Shown here: piece after piece, positions 1 through 9,330 of the stretch
How positions within the stretch are numbered: position 1 is the first letter of the stretch
How the letters are laid out: every line of letters begins with the position of its first letter
Position numbers and translations under genes: made by a program
DNA from: an uncultured Anaerolineaceae bacterium
Lineage (GTDB): Bacteria > Chloroflexota > Anaerolineae > Aggregatilineales > Aggregatilineaceae
Assembly: GCA_964611395.1 (NCBI GenBank)
Contig: CAZSXY010000002.1
Coordinates: forward strand, 1,682 to 65,681
DNA length: 64,000 nucleotides
Direction of reading: 5' to 3'
The notes under the pieces: model-generated
What the model was told of the DNA's origin: nothing
Database searches by the model: none
What the model saw: the letters and a program-made list of their open reading frames with translations, nothing else

Positions 1-2
1 AT

Positions 3-641
3 GTGTTACCCAAGAGATATGGTATTGGAACGGGGCACATTGTGGATTGTCAGGGGATGATGAGTAATCAAACAGATATTGTTATCTTTGATGCGGTAGA
101 TGGGATAGTGCTACCTATTGATGAGTATTATTCTTTGTTCCCTTGCGAGTGTGTGTATGCTGCAATTGAGGTCAAATCCATACTGACAGGAGGTTCTGGC
201 AAGGGGGAAATCAGCAAGTGTGTTGAAAACACGAGAAAACTGAGGTCTCTGAACAGGAACAGAAATTACGATTTACCTCCTATTCCTAGCCTTGTCTTTG
301 CATATGAAACAACTTGGAAGAAGGAACAAGGAAAGAAAACGATGGAATGGTTCGTCAAGTTGGGCAAACCATATTCCAAAAGATTTCCTGAAGCGGTGTT
401 TGTTTTAAATCCTGAACCTGGATTTTTCTTCTATCCCTCTGGGCCAACTGGCTATAGTACGGGCGAAATGTCTGAGCTTGTGTTTATTGAGAAGGTTCCA
501 CTACTCGGATTTGTTTCACATCTCATTCAACTTTTAATGCCTAAGAAGGTGTTAAAACCGAACCTCTGGTCGCAATATGTTGACTGGAGCGAGGAGAATT
601 CAATTGCGAGAGTGTATACCCTTCAAGGGTTGGTGCAGTAA
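3..641 (+). CDS. PD-(D/E)xK nuclease-fold protein (DUF6602-like); may be 5'-truncated by the window edge
   Basis: The ORF starts at the window edge. The pattern QTDIVIFD ... ECVYAAIEVKS gives a D...E-x-K arrangement typical of the restriction-endonuclease fold. The segment is visibly AT-richer than the rest of the window. Confidence 0.4.
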   Translation: MLPKRYGIGTGHIVDCQGMMSNQTDIVIFDAVDGIVLPIDEYYSLFPCECVYAAIEVKSILTGGSGKGEISKCVENTRKLRSLNRNRNYDLPPIPSLVFAYETTWKKEQGKKTMEWFVKLGKPYSKRFPEAVFVLNPEPGFFFYPSGPTGYSTGEMSELVFIEKVPLLGFVSHLIQLLMPKKVLKPNLWSQYVDWSEENSIARVYTLQGLVQ

Positions 642-826
642 ATTTTCAAAGTGGAAAGACGTTCAAGGGTTTTTGTATTGGGAAATATTAGTATGGCTAT
701 GTCGAAAGATGCAAATTGGGCGACATAATCATGACCCCGCTCTTTGCGGAAAACGCAAAAAAGCGTTTTCAGGTAACGCATTGAAAAACCATCAGCCAAA
801 GGTATACCACTACCGAGCTTTTGAGC

Positions 827-1846
827 ATGTCACTGACACACAAAGAACGCGTTCTCCGAGCCTTACGTTATGAGCCGGTCGACCGGCTACCGACGCAGAT
901 CAATTACACAGCAGCGGCGGGCCAGGCTATGGCCCGTCACTTCGGCATCCCGGCCCATGCGTTGCCCCAGTTCCTCGATAATCACATGGTTCGCGTCGAC
1001 CTGAGCTATCCTCAACGCACCAGTGGCGACGGATCGATCGCGTACGATTGGTGGGGAGTCGGCTTTGACACGCGCGAAGAAGGTTACTTCGTCAGCGATC
1101 CGCCGTTAGCCAGCACAAAAGACCTGGAGAGTATCCCCTGGCCCGACCCGCATGATCCGCACTTGCTGGAACAGGCTGCCAGCCAGATCGAACGCGACGG
1201 GAACGAGTATTTCATTACCCCGAACTTCGGGTTCGCCCTGTTTGAGCGGGCGTGGGCGCTGCGCGGCTTCGACACGTTCTTGATGGACCTGGTACTGGAC
1301 CCCGATTTTGTCGAAGCGCTCCTTGACCGTATCGTTGCCATCCAATTGGTGCTGATCGAACGCTTCATCGCGCTGGGGGTGGACGGCGCATATTTCGGCG
1401 ATGACTACGGCGCACAGAAAAACACGCTGATTTCGCCGCGCATGTGGCGAGCGCTCATCAAGCCCCGGCTGGAACAGTTATTTGCCCCGTTCCGGGAGCG
1501 TGATCTGCCCATTCTGATGCACTCAGACGGCGACATCGCGCCCATCCTTCCCGACATGGTCGAAATTGGGCTGACGACGCTCAATCCGGTGCAACCAGAA
1601 GTTATCGACCACCACTGGCTGCGCGAGACGTTCGGGCAGCGACTATCTTACTATGGCGGCATATCGACACAAACTGTGCTGCCCTACGGCACGCCGGATG
1701 AGGTCCGGCAAGCGGTCGATGCAACCGTTCACGCGCTGGCCCCAGACAACACCGGCGTGATGCTCGCGCCATCGCATCGCATGATGACCGACATTCCTTT
1801 AGATAACATTGAAGCATTGCTTGCAGCTTTTAGCGCACAGGGGTGA
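827..1846 (+). CDS. Uroporphyrinogen decarboxylase (URO-D)/MtaA-like superfamily protein
   Basis: Length ~340 aa. N-terminal KERVLRALRYEPVDRLP, plus FERAWALRGFDTFLMDL, DDYGAQKNTLISP and HSDGDI..LNPVQP blocks typical of URO-D family TIM barrels. Paralogous to 4977-6068. ATG at 827 preferred over TTG at 821. Confidence 0.8.
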   Translation: MSLTHKERVLRALRYEPVDRLPTQINYTAAAGQAMARHFGIPAHALPQFLDNHMVRVDLSYPQRTSGDGSIAYDWWGVGFDTREEGYFVSDPPLASTKDLESIPWPDPHDPHLLEQAASQIERDGNEYFITPNFGFALFERAWALRGFDTFLMDLVLDPDFVEALLDRIVAIQLVLIERFIALGVDGAYFGDDYGAQKNTLISPRMWRALIKPRLEQLFAPFRERDLPILMHSDGDIAPILPDMVEIGLTTLNPVQPEVIDHHWLRETFGQRLSYYGGISTQTVLPYGTPDEVRQAVDATVHALAPDNTGVMLAPSHRMMTDIPLDNIEALLAAFSAQG

Positions 1847-1852
1847 TGCAAC

Positions 1853-3037
1853 ATGTCTTTGGACAGCGAACGCCGCTCGACCATCGAAACAACCTTTCGC
1901 CGCCTCTTTGATGGGGCAGAACCATCGCTCTGGGTTCAAGCCCCTGGACGAGTGGACTTGATGGGCAGTCACACCGACTATAATGAAGGCTACGTGCTGA
2001 CCATGCCCATTAACCGCAACACCTGGATCGCTGCCACGCCACGCGACGACCGGATCGTCGCCATTCACTCGCTGAATGTGGCTGGAAGCGCCGAATTCGC
2101 CCTCGATGATATCCAGCACGACGCACAAGTGCCCTGGACGAACTATGTGAGAGGCGTAGCCCACATCCTGCAACAGGAAGGGTACACGCTGCGCGGGTTC
2201 AACGGGCTGATTCACAGCACCGTGCCGTTCGGCAGTGGATTGAGTTCCTCCGCGGCGCTGGAAGTCGCGACCGCTACGCTATTCAACGTGCTGGTCGACC
2301 TTGACCTCGATCCGATCCGGGTTGCATTGCTCACACAACGAGCCGAAAATGAGTTTGTGGGGGTCAACTGTGGCATCCTGGATCAGTACACATCGGCGGT
2401 TGGCCGGGCCGATCACGCGCTGCTGTTAGATTGTCGTGACCTGACCAGCCGCGCGGCAGCGATTCACCCGGATATTCAGATCGTCATTTGCGACACGCGC
2501 GCCGCGCGAGCGCTGTCCGGTTCAGCATACGCCGAGCGCCGCGCCCAATGCGAAAGCGGCGCGGCCCGCCTGGCCGCCATCGACCCATCCGTCAAGACCT
2601 TGCGCGATGTCTCGATCGATCAGCTTGAGGCCCACAAAGACCTGCTTTCAGAGGCCGTCTACCGGCGCTGCCGGTTCATCATCGAAGAAAACCAACGCGT
2701 GCGCGACCTGGCGAACGCCCTCCCGGCAAACGACTACCAGGCGATCCAAAGGCTAACGGCTGCATCGTTTGCGGGGGCACGCGATCTGTACGAGATTACG
2801 TCGCCGGAGATGCTCGCCATGATGGATGCGATGCTAAGCGGCCCCGGTATAATGGGAGCCAGGCAGGCAGGAGCCGGCTTTGGGGGGTGCATGGTCGCTT
2901 TCATCGACCGCACCTCCACGTCAGAATTCGTGACGCACGTCTGTGATGCCTACACGGCCCAAACCGGCATCGAGCCTGAAGTCTATCCGGTTCAAGCGGA
3001 AGCGGGCGCAGGGGTCATTAACCCGTCACACAAGTAA
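1853..3037 (+). CDS. galK: Galactokinase
   Basis: Galactokinase signature GRVDLMGSHTDYNEGYVL and GHMP-kinase motif PFGSGLSSSAALEVA. Length 394 aa. Confidence 0.9.
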   Translation: MSLDSERRSTIETTFRRLFDGAEPSLWVQAPGRVDLMGSHTDYNEGYVLTMPINRNTWIAATPRDDRIVAIHSLNVAGSAEFALDDIQHDAQVPWTNYVRGVAHILQQEGYTLRGFNGLIHSTVPFGSGLSSSAALEVATATLFNVLVDLDLDPIRVALLTQRAENEFVGVNCGILDQYTSAVGRADHALLLDCRDLTSRAAAIHPDIQIVICDTRAARALSGSAYAERRAQCESGAARLAAIDPSVKTLRDVSIDQLEAHKDLLSEAVYRRCRFIIEENQRVRDLANALPANDYQAIQRLTAASFAGARDLYEITSPEMLAMMDAMLSGPGIMGARQAGAGFGGCMVAFIDRTSTSEFVTHVCDAYTAQTGIEPEVYPVQAEAGAGVINPSHK

Positions 3038-3142
3038 CCATATGCTGAACGCTTCAGGATACCCTCACCAGGCGGGCCTATCGTCTCTGGATCAGAGGAT
3101 GCGAAGCGTCTTTCACCGTCGCAATACCGGCGGATTACAGTC

Positions 3143-4840
3143 ATGAGCGCTCATACCATGTTACGTTCGGTGCGAACAAACCTTTCACCATCAATCTGGC
3201 AAGACCTGCTGGCTGGTGTGGCAGGCGCTGTTGCGGGCGCGCCCCTGGCCATGGGGTTTGCCATCATCGCGGGCGTCAGTCCAATTTATGGTTTGTACAC
3301 GGCGGCCATCAGCCCAATCGTGGGATCGCTTTCGATCAGCTCCACGTTCATGACCGTTGGCTCCACAAATGCTCTTGCGCTTGTCGTCGGCAGCAAGCTC
3401 ACCGAGTATGACAGTGCCAACCACCTGGAAATCGTGTTCACGCTTACGCTGTTGGTGGGCGTCTTTCAGTTCCTCTTTGGCCTGCTGCGACTGGGGACGC
3501 TCTCGCGGTTTGTGTCCAACGCGGTCATGACCGGCTTTGTTAGCGGGGCGAGCCTGCTCATCATCATCGGGCAACTGAAAAATCTCACGGGGGTCTCTGG
3601 CGGCGCAGCACGAAGGGCACTGCCGCGTCTGTGGCATTGGCTCAACCATTTGTCGGACCTAAACGTTCATATCCTGGCCACCGGCTTGCTGGCCATCATC
3701 ATTATCGTGGTTCTCAAACGCACCCGATTCAAGAGTCTGGCCACCCTGATGGCCATCGTGATAACCTCAATACTCGTTGCTTATCTGCACTGGGACGACG
3801 TCACCCTCGTTCGGGACATGTCGCCCGTACCATCTGGCCTGCCTGCGCCCCAACCGCCGCCACTGAATCACGTTTCGGAACTGGCTACCGCTGCGCTGGC
3901 AATGGCTGTGCTGGCGTCGGTGCAAAGCGCTGCCCTTGCCAATATCATCCCTCAGCCGGATGGCACCACCTCCAACATCTCCAGAGACTTTGTCGGCCAG
4001 GGGCTGGCAAACATGGTAGGAAGCTGGTTTCAGTGCATGCCCGCCGGAGGATCACTGTCGCGGACAGCGATCAATGTCGCGGCGGGCGCTCGTTCGCGCC
4101 TGTCAAACATCTTTGCCGGGCTCATCGTGATCGCCATTCTGCTTTCGTTGGGAAAGTCCATTGAGCGCGTCACGCTGGCGGCCCTGGCCGGGCAACTCAT
4201 CATCGCCGCGATCAGCCTCATCAATCCGAAGGATATCCGGCTCGTGTGGCGGGTCAACTGGACAGCCCGCGTGGTGATGCTGGTCACTTTCTGCGCGACC
4301 CTGCTGCTGCCGTTGGAATTCAGCATCTACGCCGGCGTGGTGATTTCATTGCTGTTGTACGTGTATACATCGTCCAGCAACATCAAGATAGTCCGGCTGG
4401 TTCCCAACGGCAACCACCAGTTCCGCGAAGAAGCGGTGGGCTCGACCCTGCCGGATAACAGCACGGTCATTTTTTCGGTTTCCGGCAACCTTTACTTCGC
4501 CGCCGTCAAACAGTTGGAGGACACACTCCCGTCGCCGCGTACCTCGACCGGCACTGTCGTGATCCTCCGCTTGCGGGACAACCAATATCTGGGCAGCACC
4601 GGAATCCGGTTTTTGCTCCGCTACAATGAACAACTCAGAGCGCATGGCGGCAAGCTGATTCTGACCGGTATCAGCCCGGCATTACACGAACAGCTTGAGC
4701 GATCCGGCGTTGTGGATGAATTTGGCCCAGAGAACATCTTCTACGCCAACGACATTTTGTTCTCGGCTCTTGAACACGCGCTGGCCATAACCCCGCCCAA
4801 CACCCATGAGAACACCCCGGAGGCATCACCCAAAACCTGA
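3143..4840 (+). CDS. SulP-family anion (sulfate) permease with C-terminal STAS domain
   Basis: Multi-TM N-terminal part with SulP-like blocks (GLYTA, VMTGFVSGASLLIIIGQL). C-terminal STAS-like part (SGNLYFAAVKQLEDTL ... ILTGISPALHEQLERSGV). Confidence 0.85.
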   Translation: MSAHTMLRSVRTNLSPSIWQDLLAGVAGAVAGAPLAMGFAIIAGVSPIYGLYTAAISPIVGSLSISSTFMTVGSTNALALVVGSKLTEYDSANHLEIVFTLTLLVGVFQFLFGLLRLGTLSRFVSNAVMTGFVSGASLLIIIGQLKNLTGVSGGAARRALPRLWHWLNHLSDLNVHILATGLLAIIIIVVLKRTRFKSLATLMAIVITSILVAYLHWDDVTLVRDMSPVPSGLPAPQPPPLNHVSELATAALAMAVLASVQSAALANIIPQPDGTTSNISRDFVGQGLANMVGSWFQCMPAGGSLSRTAINVAAGARSRLSNIFAGLIVIAILLSLGKSIERVTLAALAGQLIIAAISLINPKDIRLVWRVNWTARVVMLVTFCATLLLPLEFSIYAGVVISLLLYVYTSSSNIKIVRLVPNGNHQFREEAVGSTLPDNSTVIFSVSGNLYFAAVKQLEDTLPSPRTSTGTVVILRLRDNQYLGSTGIRFLLRYNEQLRAHGGKLILTGISPALHEQLERSGVVDEFGPENIFYANDILFSALEHALAITPPNTHENTPEASPKT

Positions 4841-4976
4841 CCGGTTACGCACCTGATCTCACCTCATCGCCCTGGATGAACTGCAGACCTCTGCCCCATA
4901 CAAAAACGGTGCGGGACTTTCCAGTTCCACACCGTCAAAGCCTGCAAACCGGCATTTCCAGCAGGCGAAGGCCGCG

Positions 4977-6068
4977 TCACGCCAGGGCGCTGTATGGCGT
5001 TTCGACAATGGTGTTCACCATCGCCCAGAAATTCTCCAGGGGCGTATCAAGTTGCACGTGATGCGTCGGGCCGAGAATCAACCCGCCGTCACGGCCCACC
5101 GTCCGCAGCCGCTCCGTGACCTCCGCCCGGACATCTTCCGGCGACCCGTAAGGCAACGTGTGTTGCTCGTCAATCGTGCCCCAGAAGCACAACCGGTCAC
5201 CAAATTGCCGCTTAACTTCGGCGGGGTCCATGCTGGCCGGTTGGATGGGATTCAGCACATCAATCCCGATCTCAATCAACTCCGGGATGATCGGCAGGAT
5301 GTTCCCATCAGAATGGTAAGCCACCTTGAGATCGGGATTGATCGCCTTGAGTTCGGCGACGAAATTCGCCATGCGCGGCTTGAGAAACCGCCGCCAGTGT
5401 CTGGGGGAAATCAACATCGTGTGTTGAGTGCCGACATCGTCCCCCGTCCAGATCATATCTACGCCCATCTCAACGAGCTTCTTGGCCGCTGTTAGATGAT
5501 AGCGGTATGGTATCTCCAGGATGTGGTCGGCCAGGTCGGGATCCATCACAAAATCCATGAGCATTGGCTCGAGGCCCCGCAGCGCCCACGCGGTTTCAAA
5601 GATCGTGGTGACCGTCACGCCGACGATCCAATACTCATCTTTGTAGTCGCGGAGTACTCGCCCGGCCTCCACGTAAAGTTCGGGGCGTGTCGGGTCGGGT
5701 GGCTGGTAGCGAGTGATCGCCTCTTCGTCCGCCAGGGGGTGATGCACGATCTCCGTGTAATAACCGCTTCCGAAGGGCGTTTCATAGGGCTGCGAATCCC
5801 ATCCAATACCCCATTCGTCGGTATACGGACCCGCCTGCTGGTAATACGAATTGGCCCAGCCTACCGACGTCAGCAGCATATCTTCGCCCAAAGCGCGTTC
5901 CAGTTCGTATGTGTTGCCCCCGCCATGCGGGTTGTGAACCTGCTGCCCTCGGAGCGCCAGTTCGTCACGCAGCCGGTCGGCGAATTCGGGGGTGAAGCTG
6001 ATCTGCATCGGGCAGCGATCCGGTGTTTCGTGGTTAAGCGCCAGCCACACTCGTTCGCGGTGTTTCAT
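4977..6068 (-). CDS. URO-D/MtaA-like superfamily protein (paralog of 827-1846)
   Basis: MKHRERVWLALNHETPDRCP, FETAWALRGLEPMLMDF, GDDVGTQHTMLISP and HSDGNI..LNPIQP align block by block with the 827-1846 product. Confidence 0.8.
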   Translation of the reverse strand: MKHRERVWLALNHETPDRCPMQISFTPEFADRLRDELALRGQQVHNPHGGGNTYELERALGEDMLLTSVGWANSYYQQAGPYTDEWGIGWDSQPYETPFGSGYYTEIVHHPLADEEAITRYQPPDPTRPELYVEAGRVLRDYKDEYWIVGVTVTTIFETAWALRGLEPMLMDFVMDPDLADHILEIPYRYHLTAAKKLVEMGVDMIWTGDDVGTQHTMLISPRHWRRFLKPRMANFVAELKAINPDLKVAYHSDGNILPIIPELIEIGIDVLNPIQPASMDPAEVKRQFGDRLCFWGTIDEQHTLPYGSPEDVRAEVTERLRTVGRDGGLILGPTHHVQLDTPLENFWAMVNTIVETPYSALA

Positions 6069-6194
6069 AAGCTCGTCCTGTAAAAATAAGCTAACCGTCG
6101 CGGGTCACCCTGTGAAGAAACCAGGGGCGCTGGCATCCTCACGCGTACTCTTGATCATAGGCCTATGCGTGCGCGGCATCACTTGCGGCTGCGC

Positions 6195-7340
6195 TCAAAA
6201 GCGTTTGCGCCCCGCCCACCTGGTGACTTTACGCAGGATATCCCGTTCCTCCGCTTCGCTTTCGGTGGCGACCCACAAGAAAATCCCCTCTGGCTCCACC
6301 GCGTCCATAAAATCGTCCAGGTCCCGCTTGTCCAGGTCAACGATGATGGGCGCACGCGCTTGAACGCGTTTGATGAACGGCACCCATTGCATGATCGGGT
6401 AATCGTCGCCCACGCCTTGCACCCATTGAATGGCGTGTACTTCCGGCACATCCAGAATCATGTCAATATGCCGGGCCACCCCCCGGCCATCAACATGAAA
6501 GATATTGTGCGTCATCGTCTGGACTTCGCGCCGCAAAACCGGTAAACAAAACTCCTCGAACATGGTAGGGGAGATCAACGCGGAAAAATCGCAACTGGGG
6601 ATGTGCATCCGCCCAAAAGATGGGATACCCATCCAGCTCACGGACAACTGTTTCCCGGCCTTGAGCATCGCGTCAAAATGATCGTAGATGGTCTCAAAAT
6701 CCTGTATGGCCAGGGCAATCAATTGCTTGGCCTTGTCAGGATTCTCGATCATATCCAGGCAAAGCTGTTGCGGATCGCGCCAGGCCGCCGCACAGTCAAC
6801 ACCGGGGTGCAAATCCGTATAGCCCACCAGGGACTTGCCCTGGCAGCGTTCCAGTGCGCACCGTGTCAGCGCTTCGAGCTTCGTAAAATAGTCATTCTGC
6901 ATATCCAGCCGCAACCGGTCCATATCGCCCCACGATTTCACACATGGTTTGGACCAGGCCGTCACCTCGCCATATTCAAGCTCTGCGCCATAGAACGCGG
7001 CATAAACTTCTGGCCCAAGGTTGGGCCAGAATACGGGGAACGTCTCCCCCAGAAATGTCTTGCCTGCAATAGACTTCAGGTACGTATCAACCTGGAATTC
7101 CTCGTCGAACCAGCGATCCTTCAGGTTATCCGACGGGTAAGCCGTGTTAGCTTCCTCGACAAACGCATTATGCGCCACGAAACGCACCGGTGGGCGGTCA
7201 ATAATCGCCCGTTCATACCAGGCATAGACCCGCTTCATGGCCATCTCGAACTGGGGCATCCCCTCAAGTTCGACCGTCCACCAGTCGGTTGTAACCGGTT
7301 GCGTCATGATGTGTCCCACACTATTGGTTTGGGCCGGCAA
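6195..7340 (-). CDS. Hypothetical protein, distant URO-D-like barrel suspected
   Basis: Long ORF with coding-like composition in the same sugar locus. Only weak family resemblance by eye (C-terminal HVDGRG...IQWVQG block). An alternative ATG start at 7307 (MTQPV...) is likely. Confidence 0.35.
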   Translation of the reverse strand: MPAQTNSVGHIMTQPVTTDWWTVELEGMPQFEMAMKRVYAWYERAIIDRPPVRFVAHNAFVEEANTAYPSDNLKDRWFDEEFQVDTYLKSIAGKTFLGETFPVFWPNLGPEVYAAFYGAELEYGEVTAWSKPCVKSWGDMDRLRLDMQNDYFTKLEALTRCALERCQGKSLVGYTDLHPGVDCAAAWRDPQQLCLDMIENPDKAKQLIALAIQDFETIYDHFDAMLKAGKQLSVSWMGIPSFGRMHIPSCDFSALISPTMFEEFCLPVLRREVQTMTHNIFHVDGRGVARHIDMILDVPEVHAIQWVQGVGDDYPIMQWVPFIKRVQARAPIIVDLDKRDLDDFMDAVEPEGIFLWVATESEAEERDILRKVTRWAGRKRF

Positions 7341-7356
7341 CCCGCCCTTCGTCGGT

Positions 7357-8382
7357 TTAGCTAATACGTCGCCGCAATGCCCCGTGCATCGCCACCGACA
7401 CGGTGATGATCAGGCCGTAGATCAACTGGGTATAAAACCCCGTGAGACCAATAGCTACAATCCCCGGTTCAATCGCGCCGATAATCAGGCAACCGGCAAA
7501 TGTGCCCAAAATGGTGCCGGTTCCGCCAAACACGGACGTGCCCCCCAGAAACACTGCCGACAACGTGCGCATCAGGTAGCCCTCGCCTAACGTCGGCCAG
7601 AAATAAGACACCTCCAGGCTAGAGAGAACCCCGCCAAACGCGGCAGCCAAGCCGACCAGGGCGAACACCAGCATGCGCGTGCGGTCCACATTGATGCCCA
7701 TGAGCCGGGCGCTATCTTCGTTGTCACCAATGAGATACACGTGTGCGCCGAATTTGTGCCGGTTCAGCAAAATCCACACGGCAACCCCAACCAACAACAT
7801 CCATAACATCTGGCGCGGCCAAAAGCCGTTGAAGCGTCCCACCAGCGCCTCGCGCAACAGGGTCTCTCGCACAGTCACCAGGGTATCCCCACGCCCTTCG
7901 CGGATCACCAGCACCACACCACGCCAGAAAAACATGGTGCCGATCGTGGCAATCAGCGACGGAATGCCCAATTTCACCACGATGATCCCGTTGAATAAAC
8001 CGACCGCAAAACCCACAGCCAGCGCCGAAACGAAAGCCAGGGCAATGTTGTCTGTCGCGTGAAACACTTCCAGAAACGCCACCGTTCCAATGGCCATAAT
8101 CGACGGGAACGACAGGTCCATTTCACCGGCAATCACCACCATCGTCAGGGGAAGCGCAATCACGCCAAAGAACGGGATCGTGGACATCAAAGCGCCATAA
8201 ATCTCTTTGCTTTGGAAGGTCTCTGGTGCAGCAAATATAAAGAGGGCCCATAGCGCAGCCAGCACGCCCACAATACCGAGCTGCATCGCATTTCGCCGTA
8301 TGAGCACGGTCGTGCTTTCGCGCGGCCAGTCCGCCATCTGCAAAGCTGATTCAGTGTTCTGTTCTTCTACATGCGACGCCAT
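7357..8382 (-). CDS. Sugar ABC transporter permease (CUT2/RbsC-like)
   Basis: ~10 TM segments. Typical CUT2 permease blocks (GEMDLSFPSIMA, IGDNEDSARLMGINV, FGGTGTILGTFAG). Confidence 0.85.
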   Translation of the reverse strand: MASHVEEQNTESALQMADWPRESTTVLIRRNAMQLGIVGVLAALWALFIFAAPETFQSKEIYGALMSTIPFFGVIALPLTMVVIAGEMDLSFPSIMAIGTVAFLEVFHATDNIALAFVSALAVGFAVGLFNGIIVVKLGIPSLIATIGTMFFWRGVVLVIREGRGDTLVTVRETLLREALVGRFNGFWPRQMLWMLLVGVAVWILLNRHKFGAHVYLIGDNEDSARLMGINVDRTRMLVFALVGLAAAFGGVLSSLEVSYFWPTLGEGYLMRTLSAVFLGGTSVFGGTGTILGTFAGCLIIGAIEPGIVAIGLTGFYTQLIYGLIITVSVAMHGALRRRIS

Positions 8383-8420
8383 TGGTAAGAAACCTTTCTG
8401 AAATCCTTGCTCTTGCGCAA

Positions 8421-9176
8421 TTAATCCAGGCTGCCCGTTTCGGCAACGCGGTACATCTTCTCCATCAAATCGTCCAGTGTAATATCTTGGGTCTTGAACT
8501 CGCCGGCCACCTTTCCGCGATCCAATACCACCACCCGGTCAGCCACCGAATACACATGGAACACATTGTGATCGATGAAAATAGCCGACTTGCCAGCCTT
8601 CTTAATGTTGCGCACAAAATCCAACAGTTTGCGCGTTTCTTGCAACGACAGGCCCATCGTCGGCTCGTCTAGAATGATCAGATCGGCCTGGAAATACAAG
8701 GCTCGCACGATGGCCACACCCTGCTTTTCACCGCCGGAAAATGTCTTGACAACCGAGTTCGGACTCACTGCCGAAGATGTGAACCCCATCGACTCCAGCA
8801 TCAGGCGGTTGGTCTCAGCCCTCATCTTGCGGATATCCAGGAAGCCGAATCGGTTTGAAATCTCGCGCCCTAAGAAGATATTGCGCCAAAGCGTCTGCAG
8901 ATCCGCCAGGGCACGCTCCTGGTACACGGTTTCTACCCCAAGCGCGCGCGCTTTGGAGACGGTGAGGTTAGTCACTTTTTGACCGTTGAAATAGATCTCA
9001 CCGCTATCCGGTTGATGATACCCGGTGATAATTTTGATCAGGGTCGATTTGCCCGCGCCGTTGTCGCCCAGCAAACCCACCACTTCGTTGTGCTCTACGC
9101 GAAAATTTACATCGACCAGTGACTGCACTTCACCAAATGACTTGGAGATGTTTTTCAACTCTAATCTGTAGTCCAT
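8421..9176 (-). CDS. Sugar ABC transporter ATP-binding protein, single NBD (FrcA-like)
   Basis: Walker A GDNGAGKST, signature FSGGEKQ, Walker B LILDEPT. ATG at 9176 is preceded by GGAGG (9182-9186), whereas the track start at 9188 is a GTG inside that RBS. Confidence 0.9.
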   Translation of the reverse strand: MDYRLELKNISKSFGEVQSLVDVNFRVEHNEVVGLLGDNGAGKSTLIKIITGYHQPDSGEIYFNGQKVTNLTVSKARALGVETVYQERALADLQTLWRNIFLGREISNRFGFLDIRKMRAETNRLMLESMGFTSSAVSPNSVVKTFSGGEKQGVAIVRALYFQADLIILDEPTMGLSLQETRKLLDFVRNIKKAGKSAIFIDHNVFHVYSVADRVVVLDRGKVAGEFKTQDITLDDLMEKMYRVAETGSLD

Positions 9177-9193
9177 TGAAGCCTCCACAGTTA

Positions 9194-9280
9194 CGAAGGA
9201 GCAAACGGCCTCTTGGCGCTACCTCTGAGGGCGGCACATTCCGGCGAAAGTGACGATGCCGGTCGGTCGTTTGCTCCTTG
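9194..9280 (-). promoter_or_regulatory. Intercistronic stem-loop between the binding-protein and ATPase genes
   Basis: AAGGAGCAAACG (9196-9207) is perfectly complementary to CGTTTGCTCCTT (9268-9279). The stem extends by 3 more pairs (one G-U), and there is an inner CCGGC/GCCGG hairpin in the loop. It sits just upstream of the ATPase RBS on the minus strand. Confidence 0.5.
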
Positions 9281-9330
9281 AAGTCACAGCAGGCTATCTG
9301 GCCGATGTTTCCGACCAGATAGACCACGAT

